This document shows positions 48,523 through 58,759 of a stretch of 64,000 nt of DNA, piece after piece (within the stretch, counting starts at the first letter, position 1; each line of letters begins with the position of its first letter). The position numbers and the translations under genes were made by a program. A model generated the notes under the pieces. That model was given only the letters and a program-made list of their open reading frames with translations. It was not told the DNA's origin and did not search any database. Origin of the DNA: Planctomycetota bacterium (GTDB lineage Bacteria; Planctomycetota; Planctomycetia; Pirellulales; Lacipirellulaceae); NCBI GenBank assembly GCA_039190745.1, contig JBCCXZ010000005.1, positions 1-64,000 of the forward strand. Reading direction: 5' to 3'.

Positions 48523-49413
48523 ATGACGACGCGCACGTGCTACGCGTTCGCGGTGATGGCGGCCCTGGCAGCCGCCCCAACCGTGCTGGGCCACGGGACA
48601 CCGGCGGATGTAACGGCTGTCGGCGGCCAATTGACCATCACCGGCAACGCCCCAACTACGCCCGGCGGTTTCACCGACCAGCTCTTCGCCGAGACAATTA
48701 CCGGGTCGGCCCTGATACCCGTTTCGCAAGATCGGCTCTTCACAGACTTCCCAGGCGTCGACATCACCGGCATCAGCGTCGGGTCGGGACTCTGGATCGA
48801 GCCCCTCATGCTCGACGCAGACCCGGGGCCCGGGGTCTCGCCGAGGGGCGTCTGGTGGTGGTCGCCGATCTCGGAGGAAGTTGAGCCGCTGGACGAAGAG
48901 TTCCGTATCGACCTGATCTCAGCCCGAGGCTTTGGGGTCACAAGCCTTGCCCCTGACGAAGCGATCGCCGAGCCCCTTGAGATCATGGAGCCCCTGGCCT
49001 CAGACCTCAACAACCACCGCCACCCACTCTATTACGTCGTGCCTAACGGCTCTGTAGCCCCGACCGGGGCATTTGCCTTCTTCGCAAAGCTCACCTCGCC
49101 GACGTACGATTCGTCTGAACCCTTCTTGATCGGCCTCAACCACGGTCTCGGGGCGACTCAGTTTGTCGAAGCCGTTCAAGCGATCAACGAAGCGGCGGGG
49201 AGTGTTCCGGGCTTCTACGACCCCGACCCCGACGGCGACGTAGCCGACCTCATGGCGTGGCAGAGGACCGACGGGACAACGCAATCGCTTACTAGTTGGG
49301 AAACCTACTTCGGCGAAGGGGCTTCTCCGATAGCGGCGGCCATCGGCGTGCCCGAGCCCTGCTCAGTAGTTCTGATGCTCGTCGGGACATTGTGTTTCCG
49401 TTCGCGCCGATAG
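48523..49413 (+). CDS. PEP-CTERM surface protein, putative metal-binding, with degenerate dockerin-like module
   Basis: SD AGGA; signal peptide VLG|HG; TDFPG; NHRHPLY..APTGAF; DGDVADLMAWQR; VPEP+TM+RSRR. Confidence 0.88.
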   Translation: MTTRTCYAFAVMAALAAAPTVLGHGTPADVTAVGGQLTITGNAPTTPGGFTDQLFAETITGSALIPVSQDRLFTDFPGVDITGISVGSGLWIEPLMLDADPGPGVSPRGVWWWSPISEEVEPLDEEFRIDLISARGFGVTSLAPDEAIAEPLEIMEPLASDLNNHRHPLYYVVPNGSVAPTGAFAFFAKLTSPTYDSSEPFLIGLNHGLGATQFVEAVQAINEAAGSVPGFYDPDPDGDVADLMAWQRTDGTTQSLTSWETYFGEGASPIAAAIGVPEPCSVVLMLVGTLCFRSRR

Positions 49414-49451
49414 GCCGAGTCGCCACTCGCAGAGATAGCCGGGCGGAAGGT

Positions 49452-49483
49452 GGAAGAAGTGGCAACGCAGCCACTCCTCTTCC
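49452..49483 (+). terminator. Possible terminator hairpin ending the PEP-CTERM cassette
   Basis: GGAAG-A-AGTGGC / GCCACT-CCT-CTTCC stem; pyrimidine-rich but not U-rich tail. Confidence 0.3.
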
Positions 49484-49924
49484 CCCCTCTTCGTTGAAAA
49501 TAGCCACCTGATCGGGTATACACTAATACGCCCTCAGCGCCCGCTCATTGATAACTCAGTCGTAAGCACGTAGCCGTCTGCCCTTAGCCAGACGAGCGCC
49601 GTGCCCTCTCTTCGTCTCAGCCCGTGTGCGTAAGGTCGCTTTCGTCCTCAGAAGCCGGGAGCACGTGCGCAGAACGAACTAGACGCCAACCGAACCCGAA
49701 GCGACCTAACGCCATCCGGAAGAAACACTTCCAGTCACGGCGTCACACGAGAGCATGACGACTTCTGCAGAGCCCCCAAACACAAAACCCCGCAGTTTTG
49801 TCACTGCGCAACTAGCCGCGACTCTACAAGTCGCTGGAGAACCCAAGCCCCGGCCCGACAAAACCAACCGATTCTGTCCACGCCACGCGTGTAGGGCTCT
49901 GAGAGGTCAATAAAGAATGAGGAG

Positions 49925-50848
49925 TCACCGAACGCCAAAGCACTCGATCTCCAGCCCCGTCAGCTCCTCGGCAACCGCAGCCGCGCTCGCCGGCCGGCGG
50001 AGCGGGTCCTTCGCGAGCAGCCGGTGCACCAGCGACGCCACGCCCTTGGGCAGCGTCGGCACGAGGTGACGCACACAGTCGGGCGTCACTTCGCGGTGCT
50101 GGCGGACAAGTTCCTCAGGCGACTCGGCTTCGAGCGGCAGCCGGCCGGTGATCAGCTCGTAGAGCGTCACCCCCAAGCTGTAGAGGTCCGCCGCAGGCCC
50201 CGCGGTCATCCGCGAGGTCACCGCTTCGGGTGCCACGTAACCCAGGCTCCCAACCACCGGCCGCTGGGTCCAGTGCAAGCACTCGGCCGGTGTTTGAGCA
50301 AAGCCCAAGTCGATCAGCGTCGCGTGCCCGTCGGCGGCGAGAACGATGTTGCCCGGCTTCACGTCGCTGTGCACGGCGCCCGCCGTGCGGTGCAACGCTT
50401 CCAGCCCCTCGGCAACCTGACGCACCGCCCACAGCATCGTAGGCAACGGCAGCTCACGCTCGCCGACGTACCGCGACAGTGGAACCCCGCCCAACAGCGG
50501 CGACACCGTGTAGAAAGGCGGCTGCTGAACGCCCGACGAGAGCACCGGCAACAGGTGCGGGTGCGAAACTCTGGCCCCGATCCAAGCCGCCCGCCGTTGG
50601 AGCTGGATCGCCACCGGGTCGGCCCACCACTCCTTCCGCAGCACCTTCACCGCGTAAGCCGGCGGCTGCTGCGACGGAGACGACTCCGATCGGGCGGCGT
50701 ACACCCGGCTGAGCGGACTCTCATGAATCAGCCGCACCAACTGCCAGGGGCCGATGCGGCCCACGCCGTCGACGGTGTTATCAGTACCCGCGAACCCCAC
50801 CATCAGCGGGGCCCGCGGCGCAGACGCCGAGGCTTCTACCGTTGCCAT
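49925..50848 (-). CDS. Hanks-type Ser/Thr protein kinase (stand-alone domain)
   Basis: YAVKVL, HPHLL, VHSDVKPGNI, LIDLG, GSLGYVAPE, DLYSLGVTLYELITG, LAKDP.RRP. Start uncertain. Confidence 0.9.
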   Translation of the reverse strand: MATVEASASAPRAPLMVGFAGTDNTVDGVGRIGPWQLVRLIHESPLSRVYAARSESSPSQQPPAYAVKVLRKEWWADPVAIQLQRRAAWIGARVSHPHLLPVLSSGVQQPPFYTVSPLLGGVPLSRYVGERELPLPTMLWAVRQVAEGLEALHRTAGAVHSDVKPGNIVLAADGHATLIDLGFAQTPAECLHWTQRPVVGSLGYVAPEAVTSRMTAGPAADLYSLGVTLYELITGRLPLEAESPEELVRQHREVTPDCVRHLVPTLPKGVASLVHRLLAKDPLRRPASAAAVAEELTGLEIECFGVR

Positions 50849-51084
50849 ACGCGTTCGAGCTGTCTTCGAGAGGAGCTGGGTCGCAGCGGCGCGGGTTGCA
50901 GTCAACCAGAACCGCTGATGGGCGGCCGCGTTGCGGGACGCGGCCTCGCTAGCGACCGCCTGCGGGGGCCGTCGCCAAAGCCTACATCGGCGCAGTTTGC
51001 GGCGTCACTCGACTACGATCAGGCCGAATACACCGAGGAATCCCGCTCAAGTGTGAAGCTAGGAAACCGAGCGCGGGTTTGCCG

Positions 51085-52122
51085 TCAGGAACCGACATAG
51101 GTTGCCAGCACCTTGCGGGCAACAGCGGGGTCGTCGGTCCCCGAGATGATGGCCCTGCCATCGGTAAACAGCGTGACGGTAAACCCGTCAACCTCGAGTC
51201 GCAGGAGGTATGCGTTTCCGCGGACGACCCCTACGGGCTTGAGCTTTTCCGAGAGGATTGCCAAGTCGATCGTACCCGCTTCGGCCGAGGCGAGCTGCAC
51301 GGCGTTGCGGCCGCAGAGCACCGCCGCCCGCGAGCCGCGGCGGCCTTCGAGCCAGGCGTAGTCGTGGCGGTCGCAAACGCGGCAGTTTCCGCCAGCGATG
51401 GCCGACAGCTCCATCGACCGGAACTGATTGCGCCAAAGGTCGATCACGAAAAAGCCCCGCTGGATGGCGTCCCGCCGCCCGGCGAGCAGCTTCAACGCTT
51501 CCATCGCCTGCAACGAAGCAACCACGCCGACGATCGGCCCGACCACGCCGGCGGTTTCGCAGGTCGGCATCTGATCGGCCGGCGGTGGCTCGGGCACAAC
51601 GCAAGCGAGGCAAGGCGTTTCACCGGGAACGACGGTCATAGACTGGCCCTCCGACCCGACGCAGGCGCCGAATACCCACGGCACGCCCGCAAAGTCGGAG
51701 TAGTCGTTCAGCAGATAGCGAGTTTCCAGGTTGTCGGTGCCGTCAACAATCACGTCGACGCTCTTGGCAAGCCGGGGCAGGTTCTCGGCGGTGACGTCGG
51801 CAACCTCCGGTTCGATGACAACCTCCGAGTTGATCGAACGCAGGTGATCGGCCGCCGCGATGGCCTTGGGCAACTCAGCCGCAACATCGGCCTCGGTATA
51901 CATCACCTGCCGGTGGAGGTTGTCGAGTTCTAGGAAGTCGCGGTCCACGATCCGCAGCCGGCCGACGCCGGCGCGGGCGAGCGACTCGCAGACTACTGAG
52001 CCCAACGCCCCGCACCCGACAACCAACGCCGTGCCGCGCCGGATCCTCTGCTGGGCTTCTTTGCCCAGCGGCTCGAACCGCATCTGGCGGCGGTAGCGGT
52101 AGAGGTCATCGGTCTCGTCCAC
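51085..52122 (-). CDS. ThiF/MoeB-family adenylyltransferase
   Basis: RYRRQ, VGCGALG, VDRDFLELDNLHRQ, DGTDN..TRY, CLAC, CRVC, LCGRNAVQ; GTG 52122 with SD GAGGA. Confidence 0.93.
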   Translation of the reverse strand: MDETDDLYRYRRQMRFEPLGKEAQQRIRRGTALVVGCGALGSVVCESLARAGVGRLRIVDRDFLELDNLHRQVMYTEADVAAELPKAIAAADHLRSINSEVVIEPEVADVTAENLPRLAKSVDVIVDGTDNLETRYLLNDYSDFAGVPWVFGACVGSEGQSMTVVPGETPCLACVVPEPPPADQMPTCETAGVVGPIVGVVASLQAMEALKLLAGRRDAIQRGFFVIDLWRNQFRSMELSAIAGGNCRVCDRHDYAWLEGRRGSRAAVLCGRNAVQLASAEAGTIDLAILSEKLKPVGVVRGNAYLLRLEVDGFTVTLFTDGRAIISGTDDPAVARKVLATYVGS

Positions 52123-52139
52123 GGGCGTCCTCGCAGCGT

Positions 52140-53024
52140 TCAGACGACGAAGTAGCCGGCCAGGTCGAATTCGGGAGCCAGCTCGGCCTGTAGCCTGTCG
52201 CTCGCGGCGCGAGCCTCGGCAGCGTCGTCGCAGCCAACGCCCGGTCGGATTGCTAAGACCGGCAAGCCGCACTCAATGGCCCAGAGCGGTGGCGTTTCAC
52301 CGAGCGGCACTTCAAAGACAACCGCGTCGGGGCGGCAACCCAATACCTTGGCTTGCTCATCACTCATCCTGGCTATCACCGCGACAAACGAACGCTCGGG
52401 CCGGTAGTCACTCGCAGCCTGCTCTGGCGTGACGACCGTCAGCAGCACGCTGTCGTGCCAGTCAAGTCGGCGACTTACTTCGATCCACTCCTCTCGGATG
52501 GCGGTTAGGTTTGCCAGCAGCCCGACTCCCAGGCGATCGGCCTCCGAGCAGACCGCTTCGGTCGGGTCATTCAGCAGCAAGCAGGCTTCGGCCCGATGGG
52601 CGGATTCGATATCGGCAACCGACTCCGCAAGAGCGGCGCCGCGGAGCACCGTCCGCTTTCGTTGCAGCCGGAAACTCGGCCCGTCGACGTGCCACTGTCG
52701 CAGGCAGACCCGAGTCAGGAGTTCCTCGGTCGTACCGTCGTCGAGACAAACCTGGGCCTGCAATTCGTATTGGAATGGCATCGCCGGCGACCAGCAGCAT
52801 AGGTCGTAGACACCCGCTGTGGCGGCTGCCGTACCGCCTTCGGCTGGCTCTGTGTTGGCGAAAGGAAAGTCGGCGGCGAGCGTCCGGGCGTACTCGCAGT
52901 ACGGCCCGCGTAATCGGCCCGAGATTGAAGCAACGCCGCTGCTCGACCGGGCGTCGAGACGGGCTTCCGCGACCGATTCGCTGTCGAGTCGGACGCTCCA
53001 GTGGAGCAGGTCGAGCACGCCCAT
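52140..53024 (-). CDS. Truncated GH2 (beta-galactosidase)-like hypothetical protein
   Basis: CWSPAMPFQYEL, FRLQRKRTVLRG and SEADRLGV echo the GH2 WSPE.P.LY, F.LNG....RG and CDELG motifs; starts 1 nt after the uvrA stop. Confidence 0.65.
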   Translation of the reverse strand: MGVLDLLHWSVRLDSESVAEARLDARSSSGVASISGRLRGPYCEYARTLAADFPFANTEPAEGGTAAATAGVYDLCCWSPAMPFQYELQAQVCLDDGTTEELLTRVCLRQWHVDGPSFRLQRKRTVLRGAALAESVADIESAHRAEACLLLNDPTEAVCSEADRLGVGLLANLTAIREEWIEVSRRLDWHDSVLLTVVTPEQAASDYRPERSFVAVIARMSDEQAKVLGCRPDAVVFEVPLGETPPLWAIECGLPVLAIRPGVGCDDAAEARAASDRLQAELAPEFDLAGYFVV

Positions 53025-53025
53025 C

Positions 53026-55914
53026 TCAACCCGCCCCGCCGGCAGCAGCCGAGCTGTAGAGATTAGCGCCAAGCTCGCCAGTAAGAACTCGGCCCGTAAC
53101 TGAATCAGGATCCGCAGCAATTTGCTCAGGGGTTCCCACGGCAACCACTTGGCCGCCCTCTTCCGCGGCCCCAGGGCCGAGGTCGATGAGGTAGTCCGCC
53201 GCTTTCATCACTAGCGGGTTGTGGTCGACCGTCACGATAGAGTGGCCCAGTTCCAGGAGCGATTCGAAGCAGTCCAGTAACTGCAAGACATCAGAGAAGT
53301 GCAGGCCTGTGGTGGGTTCGTCGAACACGAACAGCGTGCGGCCTTTACGGGGCGCGGCGATGTAGGTCGCGAGCTTAAGCCGCTGCGACTCACCGCCGGA
53401 GAGCGTGTTGGCTGGTTGGCCAAGCCGCAGGTAGTCGAGCCCCACATCCAAGAGCGACTGCAGCTTCGTGAGGATCTTCCGTTGGCCTCGGAAGAACGTG
53501 AACGCCTCGCGGACCGAGAAGTTGAGTACGTCGGCGATCGTACACCCGCGGTGCTTCACTTGCAGCACCTCTCGCCGGTAGCGGTTGCCCTGGCACTCGG
53601 CGCACTTCATGTACACGTCGGCCACGAACCGCATGTCGACCTGGGTATAACCTTCCCCAGCGCACGATTCGCAACGCCCGCCTTTGACGTTGAAGCTGAA
53701 GTGGCTCGCGGTGAAGCCCATCGACTGCGCTTCGACGCTCTCGGCAAACAACGCGCGGATTGGGTCGAACGCCTTCACCGCGGTCACCGGGTTGGAGCGG
53801 GGTGAGCGACCGATCGGTCCCTGGTCGATCATCACCGCGTCTTCAACTTGTGAGGCCCCGAGCAACTCGTCATGCTCCAGCGGCGTGTCGGCGTCGGCGC
53901 CCAACGCGCGCGCGACCGCGGGGAACAAGGTCCGCTCGACGAGGGTTGTCTTGCCCGAGCCGCTCACGCCCGTCACCGCGCAGAGCACACCAAGCGGGAA
54001 TTCGACCGACACGTCTTGCAAGTTATTTCCTCGGGCGCCGATCAGTCGCAACCAACCTTGTTCGTTTTCGCGTCGCTCCAAACCCATCTCGCCGCCCCGC
54101 CGTCCGGAGACCCAGTCGCCGGTACGGCTTTCGGTCGACTCGATCATGCCGGCGACCGTGCCCTCGTAGACCAGCCTGCCCCCGGCCTCGCCGGCGCCGG
54201 GGCCTAGTTCGACCACGTGGTCTGCCGCGGCGATCAACTGCGGTTCGTGCTCCACCACGGCGACGGTGTTGCCGCGGTCGCGGAGGGCCTCCACGCTCTG
54301 CACCAAGCGGGGTACGTCGGCGGGGTGGAGCCCTGCGCACGGCTCGTCGAGCACGTAGAGCATGCCGACCAGATTGGAACCCAGAGCCGAAGTGAGCGCA
54401 ACGCGTTGGGCCTCGCCGCCGCTGAGGGTGCGCAGCGGGCGGTCGATCGTCAGGTGCCCGACACCGACCACGTTGAGGTAATCGAGGCGGTAGGTGATCT
54501 GCTCCAGGAGCAACCTGCCAACCGACTCCTGCCAGTCGTCGAGCCGGAGACTGCGGAGCCAGTCTATCGCGTCACGGATCTTCATCCCCGCGACGTCGGC
54601 AAAACTGCGGCCCGCGATCTGCACTGCGAGGGCCTCCTGCCTCAGGCGGGCGCCGCCGCACGCGCTACAGGGGTAGTAACTCCGCCAGCGGCTTAGAAAG
54701 ACGCGGAGATGCATCTTGTATTTCCGCCGCTCAAGCCACTGGAAGAACCCGTCAAGTCCGCCGAAGTCTCGCTCCGGCACACCGGTGCGGATCAGAGCTA
54801 GGTGCTCTTCGGCAAGCTCCTCGAATGGAGTGGCCACAGGTATGCCGTAATCGGGCGCCAGTTCGAGCAGCTCATCGAGCTCGTGCTTGTAGGCTGGCGT
54901 GTTCCAAGGTGCAATGGCTCCATCGCGTATCGATTTCCTGGTGTCCGGCACCACCTTGTTCATGTCAACATCAATGACGTTGCCAAACCCCTCGCAAGTG
55001 GGGCATGCTCCGAGTGGGTTGTTATAGTTCAGCAGTTGCGGCTCAGGCTTGACGAACTCGATGCCGCACTCTTCGCACCGCAGGTCGGTGCTGCAGGAGT
55101 GGGTGATCCAGGGTCGTTCATCAAGATCGATCGTCACGAACCCCGGAGGGGCCTCCTCTCCGTCGTGCTCCGCCCACACCCTGCATACGCCGCGGCCGGC
55201 TGCCAGCGCGCTCTCCAACGAGTCGAGTGTCCGCTCGACTTGGTCGTCGCTGTTCTTTAGGCGGTCGAGGACCACGTCGGCACTGTCGCGTCCATCGAGT
55301 AACTCGACAGCTTTTTCGTCGAGATCGATAGTCCGACCATCAACTACTAGCCGGCGGTAGCCCAACGCCTTCAAGTCGGCGAGCCACGCTTCGGTGTCAC
55401 GGGCCGGGCCGCAGTGCGAGGGGAAGCCGATCATCACACGCGCTCCCTCGGGCAGGCCGCGGATGCTCTCGACGGTCGACTCGGCGGATTCTTCCTTCAC
55501 CACGTTGCCGCACCCGTAGCAGACCACGCGGCCGATCTTGGCGAAGAGCATCTGCAAGTGCTCGTTGATCTGCGACGAGCTGCCGACGGTCGCCCGGCTC
55601 GAGCGGCTGACCGACTTCCGCGTGATGGCGATCGAGGGGGGAATGGCCTCGACCGCCTCTGCGTCGGGCTTGTCGAGCTGCTCGAGGAACTGGCGGGTGT
55701 AGGTCGAGAAGCTCTCGATGTACCGCCGCTGGCCCTCGGCGTAGAGCGTGTCGAGCGCCAGGCTCGTCTTGCCGCTGCCGCTGACGCCGCAGAAGGCGAT
55801 CAGCTTTCCGAGGGGGAGGTCCAGGTCGAGCGACTGCAGGTTGTGCACCCGGACCCCACGGAGCTGGACGCAATCGGCACTCAAGGGGGAACCTGTTGGG
55901 GGCAAGAGACTCAC
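53026..55914 (-). CDS. uvrA: Excinuclease ABC subunit A (UvrA family)
   Basis: GVSGSGKTSLALDTLYAEGQRRYIES, three CxxC zinc-finger pairs, LSGGEAQR, second GVSGSGKT, LSGGESQRLKLA, DEPTTGLH. Confidence 0.96.
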   Translation of the reverse strand: MSLLPPTGSPLSADCVQLRGVRVHNLQSLDLDLPLGKLIAFCGVSGSGKTSLALDTLYAEGQRRYIESFSTYTRQFLEQLDKPDAEAVEAIPPSIAITRKSVSRSSRATVGSSSQINEHLQMLFAKIGRVVCYGCGNVVKEESAESTVESIRGLPEGARVMIGFPSHCGPARDTEAWLADLKALGYRRLVVDGRTIDLDEKAVELLDGRDSADVVLDRLKNSDDQVERTLDSLESALAAGRGVCRVWAEHDGEEAPPGFVTIDLDERPWITHSCSTDLRCEECGIEFVKPEPQLLNYNNPLGACPTCEGFGNVIDVDMNKVVPDTRKSIRDGAIAPWNTPAYKHELDELLELAPDYGIPVATPFEELAEEHLALIRTGVPERDFGGLDGFFQWLERRKYKMHLRVFLSRWRSYYPCSACGGARLRQEALAVQIAGRSFADVAGMKIRDAIDWLRSLRLDDWQESVGRLLLEQITYRLDYLNVVGVGHLTIDRPLRTLSGGEAQRVALTSALGSNLVGMLYVLDEPCAGLHPADVPRLVQSVEALRDRGNTVAVVEHEPQLIAAADHVVELGPGAGEAGGRLVYEGTVAGMIESTESRTGDWVSGRRGGEMGLERRENEQGWLRLIGARGNNLQDVSVEFPLGVLCAVTGVSGSGKTTLVERTLFPAVARALGADADTPLEHDELLGASQVEDAVMIDQGPIGRSPRSNPVTAVKAFDPIRALFAESVEAQSMGFTASHFSFNVKGGRCESCAGEGYTQVDMRFVADVYMKCAECQGNRYRREVLQVKHRGCTIADVLNFSVREAFTFFRGQRKILTKLQSLLDVGLDYLRLGQPANTLSGGESQRLKLATYIAAPRKGRTLFVFDEPTTGLHFSDVLQLLDCFESLLELGHSIVTVDHNPLVMKAADYLIDLGPGAAEEGGQVVAVGTPEQIAADPDSVTGRVLTGELGANLYSSAAAGGAG

Positions 55915-56052
55915 GGCAAACTACCCATTCTAGCCGATCGCGACCGCCCCCCGCCACCGCCTAGCCGCCTACGACTCGGGGCCGGCTGTCGCTAAAATAA
56001 TGCTAGGATCGCGTCCCGACGGGGGTTCTCAGGCCCGGCGCCAGGTAACGGC

Positions 56053-56370
56053 ATGGCTTCGAAAAAAACCAAAACGATCAACCCGTTCTACGTGCTGCTG
56101 ATCCCGGCGAGCGCCGCATTTTGCATCACCGCTGTAGCCTACGGGTACATGGCGTTCCAGGCCGTCAATTCCGGCAGACTGGGGATCGGTGAGCACGCCG
56201 ACCATCCGCTTTACGTTTGGTTGCAGGCGTACGGCACGGCGGCCATCCTGATTGAATTGGCGGTGCTGGCCGTCCTGACGATCGGGGCGATCGGTACCGA
56301 CGGCTACTGGTCGCGGGCGTCGGACGATGGCGGCGCCGGCACGGCTGACGCCGAAGACCAACCAAGTTAA
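56053..56370 (+). CDS. Small two-TM membrane protein
   Basis: NPFYVLL..F.ITA.AYG and a second TM ending IGTDGYW; 15 nt upstream of ligA. Confidence 0.75.
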   Translation: MASKKTKTINPFYVLLIPASAAFCITAVAYGYMAFQAVNSGRLGIGEHADHPLYVWLQAYGTAAILIELAVLAVLTIGAIGTDGYWSRASDDGGAGTADAEDQPS

Positions 56371-58755
<2,385 letters not shown>

Positions 58756-58759
58756 CACC

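Noticed and set aside
49755..49913. 52-aa ORF in the spacer after the PEP-CTERM cassette
   Set aside because: Atypical codon usage, no convincing SD and no motif.
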